NCBI GenBank assembly: GCA_041622995.1
Contig: JBFJXR010000002.1
Span: 4,084-68,083 of the forward strand
Direction of reading: 5' to 3'
Source of the DNA: Nevskiales bacterium
Lineage (GTDB): Bacteria; Pseudomonadota; Gammaproteobacteria; Nevskiales; CAJXLF01
Length of the DNA stretch: 64,000 bases
Shown here in pieces: positions 17,487-25,273 of the stretch. A program made the position numbers and the translations under genes. The notes under the pieces were generated by a model. The model was not told the origin of the DNA. It saw nothing but the letters and a program-made list of their open reading frames with translations, and did not search any database. Numbering within the stretch: the first letter of the stretch is position 1; each line of letters starts with the position of its first letter.

Positions 17487-18398
17487 ATGAAAGAGAAAAA
17501 TGAGTCATTACGAATCGGCGTGGATCTGGGTGGTACCAAGATAGAAGCCGTGGTTCTGGGGGGCAATGGGGATATTGTCCTGCGTGAGCGACTTTCCACA
17601 CCACAGGGTGATTATCTGCAGACATTGGCGGTCATCGTCAAAATTATCCATTTGCTTGAGGCAGAAATTGGCGCTAGCGAACTGCCGGTAGGTATCTGTA
17701 CACCGGGGTCACTGTCGCCGGCAACGGGCCTTCTCAGGAATGCCAATTCAACCTGCCTGAACGGGCAGGCCTTCAAACAGGATATTGAAACACGGCTGGG
17801 TCGGGAAGTTCGCATCGCCAATGATGCGGATTGTCTGGCGGTCTCGGAAGCCACCGACGGTGCGGCAGCAGGTGCAAAGTCGGTATTCGCCGTGATCCTG
17901 GGTACAGGCGTGGGGGGTGGGCTGGTAATTCAGGGTCAGTTGCTACGGGGCTCTAATGCTGTCGCCGGTGAATGGGGGCACAATCCCTTGCCCTGGATGC
18001 GACCTGAATGGGATGAGTATCCGGGTGATCTATGCTGGTGTGGGCAGCACGGCTGTATCGAGACATGGCTTAGCGGGCCAGGGCTGGAGCGCGATTATCC
18101 AGAAGAGAATCTCGCTGTTCTGGACATACTTGAGCGTGAACAACAAAACGATTTCCAGGCCAAGGCAACATTGGCCAGATATGAAGACCGTCTCGCCAGA
18201 TCACTGGCACATGTGATTAACCTGTTTGATCCGGAAGTCATCGTGCTCGGAGGCGGGGTTTCGAATGTTGAGCGTATCTATCAGTACGTACCCGCATTGT
18301 GGGATCAGTGGGTATTTTCTGATGTGGTGAATACCAGGCTGGTTCGTGCAAAGCATGGGGATTCAAGTGGGGTGAGGGGGGCTGCCTGGCTCTGGTAA
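17487..18398 (+). CDS. mak: ROK-family sugar kinase, fructokinase/mannokinase (Mak/YajF)-like
   Basis: ATP motif GVDLGGTKIE, DADCLAVSEA, GEWGHNPLPW, zinc motif CWCGQHGCIETWLSG, and C-terminus KHGDSSGVRGAAWLW. These match my recollection of E. coli Mak end to end. Confidence 0.8.
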   Translation: MKEKNESLRIGVDLGGTKIEAVVLGGNGDIVLRERLSTPQGDYLQTLAVIVKIIHLLEAEIGASELPVGICTPGSLSPATGLLRNANSTCLNGQAFKQDIETRLGREVRIANDADCLAVSEATDGAAAGAKSVFAVILGTGVGGGLVIQGQLLRGSNAVAGEWGHNPLPWMRPEWDEYPGDLCWCGQHGCIETWLSGPGLERDYPEENLAVLDILEREQQNDFQAKATLARYEDRLARSLAHVINLFDPEVIVLGGGVSNVERIYQYVPALWDQWVFSDVVNTRLVRAKHGDSSGVRGAAWLW

Positions 18399-18401
18399 AA
18401 G

Positions 18402-18423
18402 AAAGGGGCCTTACGGCCCCTTT
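18402..18423. terminator. Bidirectional rho-independent terminator between mak and the reductase gene
   Basis: AAAGGGGCC-TTAC-GGCCCCTTT: a 6-bp GC stem extended by A/T pairs, with an A-tract on one side and a T-tract on the other. It lies between convergent stops at 18398 and 18446. Confidence 0.8.
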
Positions 18424-18445
18424 GTATTGCTTGATAGGTGAATTG

Positions 18446-20428
18446 TTATAGATGCGACCCACGTAGAAGATAGGCCAGCGCCATACCTTCACGACTGAGT
18501 TTCTCGTCTAATTTCTTGCCTTTCGCCGCAGCCGAGGACGGGAACAGCGTAAAGGCCCGACCCAGCAAGTTGTCATTCAAACGGGGCCAGAGTGCATAGC
18601 TGATTTCTGCCGCCTGCCCAAGCACGGTCTTCACGCGCTTGGTTTTGTTGACTGCAGTATCCAGCACCATATCGGTGGCCGCATCTACCGACCAGGCCGG
18701 AGCATAGTCGTATAGCTTGGTTGGAGAAATCATTGGTGTGCGTACCAGCGGCATATAAATAGTACTGACTTCGATATTGTGCAATTTTACCTCAGCTGAT
18801 AGACAACGCGAGAACGCATCCAGTGCGGATTTGCTGGCTACGTAGGCTGAAAAGCGCGGTGCATTGGATAGGCAACCGATGCTGGAGATATTGATGATCT
18901 GCCCGCCTTTGTGTTCAACCATCGAAGGCAGAAGGGCATTGATCAGGCGTACACAACCGAAATAGTTCAGTTGCATGGTGCGTTCGTAATCGTGGAAGCG
19001 ATCCAGAGACTCCAGTACAGCGCGCCTTATTGAACGCCCGGCATTGTTGACCAGGATATCGACACGCCCGAGGTCAGCAAGAACTTTTTCCGCCATTTTG
19101 TCGATGGATTCATAATCACTGATATCACAGGCGTAGGCATGCGCATCTCCACCTTTCTCCCGGATGGTTTCAGCCAGTGCTTCCAGTTTGTCGAGGCTAC
19201 GTGCGACGAGGATGACGGTAGCGCCATTGGCTGCAAATTTCTTGGCAGACTCGAGACCGATGCCGCTTGAAGAGCCCGTCACCATGACCACTTTGCCTGT
19301 CAGGCGAGCAGTGGCCTTACGGTCACGCTTGGGATAATCCATATTGGTTTCCCAATACTCCCATAGCTTCTCGGCGTAGTCCTTGAGCTGCGGGCACTTG
19401 ATATCAGTGTCTTTTAGCGCCGCCTTGGTCTGACGATCATCAAAGGTGGCCTGATTACGTATATAGCCCATGGCGGAAACCGGAATGCCTATGGCACGTG
19501 ACATCTGGCGCTTGGCCGCCTCCATTGGCAGCACCTTGGCTGTCTGGCTCAGACCGTCCTCAACGATTTGTGGCAATTGCGGCACATGAAACTTTTTGGC
19601 AAAGCCGGGGCCGTGTGCTGCGTCAAACAGAATTTCTATAATACGGCCCACGGAATCCTGGGGTTTCTGAACCAGGTGGAAGGCCTTGCCGTCATGGCCG
19701 TCCTGGTGGGCAATTTCGACCATGGCGTCGGCGACAAAGTCGACCGGTGCAACCGGGATATTACCGCCATCAATACCCAGCAACGGTAACCATTTGGGCA
19801 CCTTGTTCCGTATCTGCTTGATCAGTGGGAAGAAGTAATAAGGTCCGTCGATCTTGTCCATTTCACCGGTTTCAGAATGACCAACCACTGCGCCCGGGCG
19901 GTATACGCGCCAGGGCACTTTGCATTCTTCACGCACGATCTGCTCCGACTGGAACTTGGTGCGGAAGTAGGGGTGACTGGTGTCCTGGCCTTCATCAAAC
20001 ATCTCTTCATTGAAAGTGCCGACCCATTCTCCCCCCGCTACAGCAACAGAACTCACATGCTGCAGTGATACCTTGCCACCCAGTGTGTTGGTGAAATCAA
20101 CGAGGTTGCGGGTGCCTTCATTGTTAATGCGATCACCCGTGGCATCGTCCATGTTGAGGTCGTAGACGGCGGCAAGATGAAAGACATGGTCAATTTTGCC
20201 TTTCAGTTTTTTCTGTGTCGCGGTATCTGTCAGTCCGGGTTGGGTAATATCACCCCAGACCGGCACAAGCTGCTTTTTCGTGGCGCCGAGTTCTTTGAGC
20301 AGTACTTCGTATTTACTTTTTGAAGCATCGCGTATCAATACGTATACGGTTGCGTTTTCACGCTGAAGCAATCGTTCTACAACAAATCGGCCAATAAAGC
20401 CGGTTGCGCCTGTAACGAAATAATTCAT
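18446..20428 (-). CDS. Two-domain fatty acyl-CoA / fatty aldehyde reductase (Marinobacter Maqu_2507-type; wax-ester alcohol supply)
   Basis: The N-terminal NAD(P)-binding reductase domain begins MNYFVTGATGFIGRF. The C-terminal classical SDR has VMVTGSSSGIGL and YVASKSALDAF. ATG 20428 is preceded by GGAGG, and the track start at 20467 has no RBS. Confidence 0.8.
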   Translation of the reverse strand: MNYFVTGATGFIGRFVVERLLQRENATVYVLIRDASKSKYEVLLKELGATKKQLVPVWGDITQPGLTDTATQKKLKGKIDHVFHLAAVYDLNMDDATGDRINNEGTRNLVDFTNTLGGKVSLQHVSSVAVAGGEWVGTFNEEMFDEGQDTSHPYFRTKFQSEQIVREECKVPWRVYRPGAVVGHSETGEMDKIDGPYYFFPLIKQIRNKVPKWLPLLGIDGGNIPVAPVDFVADAMVEIAHQDGHDGKAFHLVQKPQDSVGRIIEILFDAAHGPGFAKKFHVPQLPQIVEDGLSQTAKVLPMEAAKRQMSRAIGIPVSAMGYIRNQATFDDRQTKAALKDTDIKCPQLKDYAEKLWEYWETNMDYPKRDRKATARLTGKVVMVTGSSSGIGLESAKKFAANGATVILVARSLDKLEALAETIREKGGDAHAYACDISDYESIDKMAEKVLADLGRVDILVNNAGRSIRRAVLESLDRFHDYERTMQLNYFGCVRLINALLPSMVEHKGGQIINISSIGCLSNAPRFSAYVASKSALDAFSRCLSAEVKLHNIEVSTIYMPLVRTPMISPTKLYDYAPAWSVDAATDMVLDTAVNKTKRVKTVLGQAAEISYALWPRLNDNLLGRAFTLFPSSAAAKGKKLDEKLSREGMALAYLLRGSHL

Positions 20429-20625
20429 GTTGATCCTCCGGTCTGTGTCTGGTACCAAGGGTGCCAAATTCTGGATTATTAGTGTTTAAAGGTAGCTCAA
20501 GAAATCGATCCTGGCGACATTTCAATCTGATAATGCGTGATGATAGTTTATTCTATCTGGCAGATTCACGATGATTTGACTCAATGCTGTCTGATTTTCG
20601 AATGAAACCCGATTCGATAATCTCG

Positions 20626-21270
20626 TTATTCTTCGCTGTAACGCTGTGCACCGATCATCAATGCGCGATAGATCAACACCATTTCCTGTGCCAGTTCTTC
20701 TGCAGTGAGGGTGCTGTCTGAAACCAGCCATTCGACAATGAGTTCGATGGTGGCGCCGACCATGGCAATAGCGGGCAGATAGTAGTCGCGCTCAGGTAGC
20801 AAACCCGATGCAGACAGTGATTCTGAATACTGTTTCACAATGCCGGCAAAACCGTGCGTGACCTTGCGCCGCTGTTGCTCCATTTCATGCGAGACACCCA
20901 CCGTTTCCAAGCATAGAATGCGGGCTTTGCGGGTATCTCGTAGCAAGGCCAGCACGCCAGTGCGGATTGCATGAGTAACCCGCTGCGTCATGTCCAGATT
21001 ACTTTCCATTAGAGCCGCACTGACCTCCGCGCCCATTTCCGCAACGATATCCTGAAAGAGGGTGGCGAGCAGGGCTTCACGGCCTTTGAACTGCTCATAA
21101 AAATGGCGCGTGGTGACTTTAGCCGTCGAGCAGATGAGTTCGATCGGGGTATTGGCGTAACCGCGGTCAGCAAACAGTTCCAAGCCCGCTTCCATTAATC
21201 GCTCGCGTCTTTCGGCGCGCAATTGCTCAGGCGTTAATCCTTTATACCGTCTCGGTTTATCGCTGCTCAT
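20626..21270 (-). CDS. TetR/AcrR-family transcriptional regulator
   Basis: N-terminal HTH (…RLMEAGLELFADRGYANTPIELICSTAKVTTRHFYEQFKGREAL). I prefer the start at ATG 21270 (MSSDKPRR), giving 214 aa. The track start at 21351 would place the 26-bp palindrome inside the CDS. Confidence 0.8.
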   Translation of the reverse strand: MSSDKPRRYKGLTPEQLRAERRERLMEAGLELFADRGYANTPIELICSTAKVTTRHFYEQFKGREALLATLFQDIVAEMGAEVSAALMESNLDMTQRVTHAIRTGVLALLRDTRKARILCLETVGVSHEMEQQRRKVTHGFAGIVKQYSESLSASGLLPERDYYLPAIAMVGATIELIVEWLVSDSTLTAEELAQEMVLIYRALMIGAQRYSEE

Positions 21271-21317
21271 ATCCAAAAACTGGTTCTGATTCAATGCTGA
21301 TATTACATGATAAGCAA

Positions 21318-21343
21318 AATAAGGAAAGATATCTTTCCTTATT
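21318..21343. promoter_or_regulatory. 26-bp perfect palindrome, candidate TetR operator O1
   Basis: AATAAGGAAAGATATCTTTCCTTATT is perfectly self-complementary. It sits in the divergent TetR / ACBP-ACAD intergenic region and abuts a TTGACA -35 box. Confidence 0.6.
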
Positions 21344-21344
21344 G

Positions 21345-21373
21345 TTGACATTCCCGGGAGGGCCGTATTAGAT
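21345..21373 (+). promoter_or_regulatory. Candidate sigma70 promoter of the ACBP-ACAD-ACAD operon
   Basis: Consensus -35 TTGACA (21345-21350). The -10 candidates are weak: TATTAG with a 15-nt spacer or TTAGAT with a 17-nt spacer. The promoter is flanked by the two palindromes. Confidence 0.35.
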
Positions 21374-21375
21374 TG

Positions 21376-21391
21376 GGAAAGATATCTTTTC
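21376..21391. promoter_or_regulatory. Second, shorter copy of the palindrome core, candidate operator O2
   Basis: GGAAAGATATCTTTTC shares the core AAAGATATCTTT with O1. Its centre is 53 bp from the O1 centre, over the predicted transcription start region. Confidence 0.45.
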
Positions 21392-21462
21392 TAACGCACT
21401 TTCATCGAATACCTGGCGACCGTCAGAACGGCGAACAGGTAACAGGCTTTGTGGAGAGACCT

Positions 21463-21741
21463 ATGAGTGATTTGAAGAAAGAATTTGAAGCAGCTGTGGA
21501 GCAGGTGGCCAATGCGCCTGAGGATGGCAACTTCAAGCCGTCCAACGATTACAAGCTGCGCATGTATGCACTTTATCGTCAGGCAACCAGTGGTGATGCC
21601 TCTGGTAAACGTCCGGGCATGCTCGACCCGATTGGCCGATTCAAGTTCGATGCTTGGGCCAAGCTCAAGGGCATGTCAGCTGACGATGCCATGCAGCAGT
21701 ACATCGATGAAGTTAAAAAGGTTGAAGCGCAATACGGCTAG
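21463..21741 (+). CDS. Acyl-CoA-binding protein (ACBP)
   Basis: The 92-aa product starts at ATG 21463, with a GGAGAG RBS. ACBP signature ...FKPSNDYKLRMYALYRQATSGD...FDAWAKLKGMS. The track ORF start at 21373 lies inside the promoter/operator region. Confidence 0.85.
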   Translation: MSDLKKEFEAAVEQVANAPEDGNFKPSNDYKLRMYALYRQATSGDASGKRPGMLDPIGRFKFDAWAKLKGMSADDAMQQYIDEVKKVEAQYG

Positions 21742-21803
21742 TTCATGGTATCCAGTCCGTGTTTTTAAAAACAACACCGCTCATTTAATAAACGAGGCAT
21801 CTC

Positions 21804-23114
21804 ATGGCGAGAGATATGCAGGGCAGGGGTTTGGCTTGGCTGAACTGGTTTGCCGGAAATAAATTCGTACAGCGTACCAAGCTGGATAAGTCGGCAGAGA
21901 AGCTGATTTATCAGGGCAGCAAGACTGGCTTTAAAACAGCCACTGCTGTCAATCGGGCTTTCAAGTCTGTGCAGAACAGGGTCAAGCCCGCACGTCTGGA
22001 CAAGAGTAAGCCGAATGATCTGTTTGATCTGACGCCGACTGATGAACAGGCCATGATCACCGACACGATGCTACGCTTTGCAGAAGATCGCTTGCGTCCT
22101 GCCGCCTACGAAGCGGATAACGCCTGTGAGGCGCCTGCAGAAATATTGCAGGAGGCGAATGAGCTTGGCGTGACCATGATGGCCGTGCCCGAGGAACTGG
22201 GTGGCGCTGCCGTGGAGCAATCAGCTGTTGGTGGCGTATTACAAACAGCTGCATTGGCGCAGGGCGATATGGGGCTGGCGATTGCCTGCCTGGCACCTGT
22301 TTCAGTGGCTAATGCCCTGACACGCTGGGGTACGGCAGAGCAGCAGGCGAAATATCTGCCCGCTTTCCTTGAGGAAGCACCGCCTGCCGCCGCATTGGCT
22401 GTGCAGGAGGCACGTCCGCTGTTTGATCCATTTGACTTGAATACTTCGGCCAAACTGACGAGTGACGGTTTCGTGCTTAATGGTGAAAAGTCCATGGTGC
22501 CATTGGCAGCAAAGGCCGAGTTGTTTTTGGTAGCAGCTCGCATGGAAGATCAGCGACATGCACTTTTCATCATTGAGTCCTCGACCAAGGGTCTGGAAGT
22601 GTCTGCAGAACCCGGCATGGGCGTACGCGCTGCCGGTATGGGACGCCTAAGTCTGAAGAACGTCAACGTCGGCAGCCATGCCCAACTGGGCGGCGCCGAG
22701 GGTCTGGATTATGCACAGATGATTGCGCTTTCGCGTCTTGGCTGGTGTGCGCTTGCTGTCGGTACATCCCAGGCCGTGCAGGAGTATGTGATTCCCTATG
22801 CTAATGAACGCAAGGCCTTCGGCGAGCCCATCAGTCATCGCCAGGCAGTGGCCTTCATGATTGCCAATATCGGGATTGAGTCACAGGGCATGCGCCTGTT
22901 GACCTTGCGTGCTGCCGCACGTGCAGATCAGGGCAAGAGCTTCATCCGTGAAGCGAGCCTCGCCCGTCGCATGACGGCCGAGAAAGCCGTCATTATCGGT
23001 AACGATGGTGTGCAGGTGCTCGGCGGACATGGTTTCGTCAAAGAGCATCCGGTAGAACGCTGGTATCGCGATTTACGTGCCGTGGGTGTCATGGAAGGCA
23101 GCATGCTGCTCTAA
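21804..23114 (+). CDS. Acyl-CoA dehydrogenase family protein with a ~75-aa basic N-terminal extension and a short C-terminus
   Basis: The ACAD fold begins at about residue 80 (TPTDEQAMITDTMLRFAEDRLRPAA). The protein ends ...RDLRAVGVMEGSMLL, only 5 residues after the xEG catalytic-base position. Confidence 0.85.
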   Translation: MARDMQGRGLAWLNWFAGNKFVQRTKLDKSAEKLIYQGSKTGFKTATAVNRAFKSVQNRVKPARLDKSKPNDLFDLTPTDEQAMITDTMLRFAEDRLRPAAYEADNACEAPAEILQEANELGVTMMAVPEELGGAAVEQSAVGGVLQTAALAQGDMGLAIACLAPVSVANALTRWGTAEQQAKYLPAFLEEAPPAAALAVQEARPLFDPFDLNTSAKLTSDGFVLNGEKSMVPLAAKAELFLVAARMEDQRHALFIIESSTKGLEVSAEPGMGVRAAGMGRLSLKNVNVGSHAQLGGAEGLDYAQMIALSRLGWCALAVGTSQAVQEYVIPYANERKAFGEPISHRQAVAFMIANIGIESQGMRLLTLRAAARADQGKSFIREASLARRMTAEKAVIIGNDGVQVLGGHGFVKEHPVERWYRDLRAVGVMEGSMLL

Positions 23115-23126
23115 AGGGGATAAAAA

Positions 23127-24335
23127 ATGATTAATCTTGAAACACCGAAAAGATTTGGCGTACTGGTTAACCAGGCGCATCAGGTTGCCAAAGAAATTTT
23201 TCGTACCAACTCACGTAAGTACGATCTGGCTGAGCATGCCTATCCGAAAGAACTGGACATGCTCGGCGCGCTGCTGGATGGCATGAATGACGGCAGTGAT
23301 CGCGGTGCGGGTGCCGGCGGCGTGCGTCGTGATGCGGACGTGGATCCAAATGAAGTACGTAACGGCACCAATATGTCGACCCTGCTGGGTGTCATTGAAA
23401 TGTGCTGGGGTGATGTTGGTCTGTTACTGACCATGCCGCGTCAGGGACTCGGCAACTCGGCTATTGCTTCTGTCGCCAGTGACGAGCAGCTCAAACGCTT
23501 TGAAGGTCGCTGGGCAGCCATGGCGATTACCGAACCGGGTACTGGTTCGGACTCCGCCAATATCCGCACTACAGCGACAGAAGATGGCGATCACTATGTA
23601 CTGAATGGCGAAAAGATCTTTGTGACCTCCGGTGAGCGTGCTGACCTGGTCGTGGTCTGGGCAACACTGGACCGTGATGCAGGACGTGCCGCGATCAAGT
23701 CTTTTGTGGTTGAAAAGGGCACACCCGGTATGGAAGTGGTGCGTCTTGAGCACAAGCTCGGCATCCGGGCCTCGGACACAGCAGTCATCAGTTTCAGTAA
23801 CTGTCGTGTTCCGAAGGAAAACCTGATGGGTAGTCCGGAAGTGGACACCAAGAAGGGCTTCGGCGGTGTTATGCAGACCTTTGACAATACCCGTCCGCTG
23901 GTGGCCGCGATGGCGATCGGTGTGGCGCGTGCTGCACTTGAAGAAACGCGCAAGCACCTTGAAGCTGCTGGCATCAAGATCAGCTATGACACACCTGCAA
24001 ATAACCAGTCGGCCGCTGCTGCAGAGTTCCTGCGTATGGAAGCTGACTGGGAAGCAGCTCGTTTATTGACCATGCAGGCAGCCTGGATGGCCGACAACTC
24101 GAAGCCTAATTCACTGGAAGCCTCGATGGCTAAAGCCAAGGCCGGGCGTGTGGTGGTGGATGTCACCAGTAAATGTGTCGAGCTATGTGGTTCGGTGGGC
24201 TATGGTGAAACCGAGTTGCTGGAGAAATGGGTGCGTGATGCGAAGATTCTGGATATCTTTGAAGGCACGCAGCAGATTCAGTTGTTGATTGTTGCTCGTC
24301 GTCTTCTAGGACTGTCTTCGTCAGAGCTTAAGTAG
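23127..24335 (+). CDS. Acyl-CoA dehydrogenase
   Basis: AITEPGTGSDSA and the canonical catalytic motif ILDIFEGTQQIQ. It starts 12 nt after the preceding ACAD. Confidence 0.9.
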   Translation: MINLETPKRFGVLVNQAHQVAKEIFRTNSRKYDLAEHAYPKELDMLGALLDGMNDGSDRGAGAGGVRRDADVDPNEVRNGTNMSTLLGVIEMCWGDVGLLLTMPRQGLGNSAIASVASDEQLKRFEGRWAAMAITEPGTGSDSANIRTTATEDGDHYVLNGEKIFVTSGERADLVVVWATLDRDAGRAAIKSFVVEKGTPGMEVVRLEHKLGIRASDTAVISFSNCRVPKENLMGSPEVDTKKGFGGVMQTFDNTRPLVAAMAIGVARAALEETRKHLEAAGIKISYDTPANNQSAAAAEFLRMEADWEAARLLTMQAAWMADNSKPNSLEASMAKAKAGRVVVDVTSKCVELCGSVGYGETELLEKWVRDAKILDIFEGTQQIQLLIVARRLLGLSSSELK

Positions 24336-24355
24336 GTTTTGCTAATGTAGTCCGG

Positions 24356-24516
24356 TTGCTCGCCCCGTGACCTTTGGCCGCATGGGTGAGTAGCACTGCT
24401 ACGAACGCCATGCCATGGATGGCATGTCCGGACTTGCCGGCAGAGCAGGAGCGCAGCCGAGCAAGCGGCCATCGAGCCCTCATGGATGGGTTCACGGCGA
24501 GTCATGGGGCGAGTAA
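24356..24516. repeat. 161-nt GC-rich structured intergenic element (16-bp closing inverted repeat enclosing three hairpins); REP/MITE-like element or ncRNA
   Basis: TTGCTCGCCCCGTGAC (24356-24371) pairs with GTCATGGGGCGAGTAA (24501-24516), giving 14 Watson-Crick pairs plus 2 G:T. The internal hairpins are at 24409-24426 (CATGCCA-TGGA-TGGCATG), 24433-24465 and 24474-24493. The word ATGGATGG occurs twice. Confidence 0.5.
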
Positions 24517-24566
24517 TCGGACAACTACCACTTTTCAATAATTGAATGCCAGATTGATTAATCTGA

Positions 24567-25232
24567 CTATTCAGGGTCATAACCACCGTGTTCGCCGAGG
24601 TATGCCCAGCGTTTGAGGCACTGGTAGTCTCTACCTGATTTATCCCTGATGCCTAACTTATAGAGCAATTTAACTATGGGGTTGGGTGCGTACAGGTATT
24701 GCGGCATAAGGTTGAAGTCATAGACAGTAAGCCGCCAGTCATCGCCTTTTTTACGCACCATAATGTTGCTGTCATTCATGTCGAGATCATGCAGACCGGC
24801 CGCGTTGGCAGTATCAATGATTTGGCGGCCCAACTCCAGTATGCGTGGTGGAAGATGCCCGAGTCCCCGCATTAACTCGACCAGAGGCTGACCCTGTACG
24901 AATTCCTGTACGAATGCTGGAGAGTATCCATCTTTTGCTTCAAGTACCCTGATAGGCTCAACAGTGAACTTTTCAAGGCCAGGCACTGCCCGAAAGGCCG
25001 CGTTACGGTCAAATTCGAACTGGGCGATATCGACGCCATAACGGTCACGAAATTTGTCAATGAACTTGGGACGATAGAATTTAACTGCAACTTTTTTGCC
25101 GTCAAGACTGGCCTCGTATCCCATCGAGCGAGCACCACGACCCAGAAGTCTTCCAAGTTTCAGTTCATCAGGAACTTTGATTTCAATTTCTTCGTCTTGA
25201 TGGTATTTAAAGCGTTCGCGCTTAAGTCGCAT
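24567..25232 (-). CDS. Minimal protein-kinase-like fold protein (221 aa; RIO/Kdo-kinase-like size)
   Basis: Gly-rich loop LGRGARSMGY, VAVKF lysine, catalytic loop LHDLDMNDSNIMV, and YDFN in the DFG position. No other domain is present. Confidence 0.6.
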   Translation of the reverse strand: MRLKRERFKYHQDEEIEIKVPDELKLGRLLGRGARSMGYEASLDGKKVAVKFYRPKFIDKFRDRYGVDIAQFEFDRNAAFRAVPGLEKFTVEPIRVLEAKDGYSPAFVQEFVQGQPLVELMRGLGHLPPRILELGRQIIDTANAAGLHDLDMNDSNIMVRKKGDDWRLTVYDFNLMPQYLYAPNPIVKLLYKLGIRDKSGRDYQCLKRWAYLGEHGGYDPE

Positions 25233-25240
25233 TTATGCCT

Positions 25241-25273
25241 CTACAAATAAAGAAGCCGCTGAAAAACAGCGGC
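25241..25273 (-). terminator. Rho-independent terminator on the minus strand, 183 nt downstream of tatD
   Basis: GCCGCTG-AAAAA-CAGCGGC (25255-25273) is followed on the minus strand by TTCTTTATTTG. Confidence 0.55.

Noticed and set aside
24278-24586. 102-aa minus-strand ORF covering the structured intergenic element.
   Set aside because: It overlaps the 3' ends of both neighbouring genes. It reads straight through the inverted repeats and its composition is dominated by the repeat. I interpret it as an artefact of the GC-rich palindromic element.
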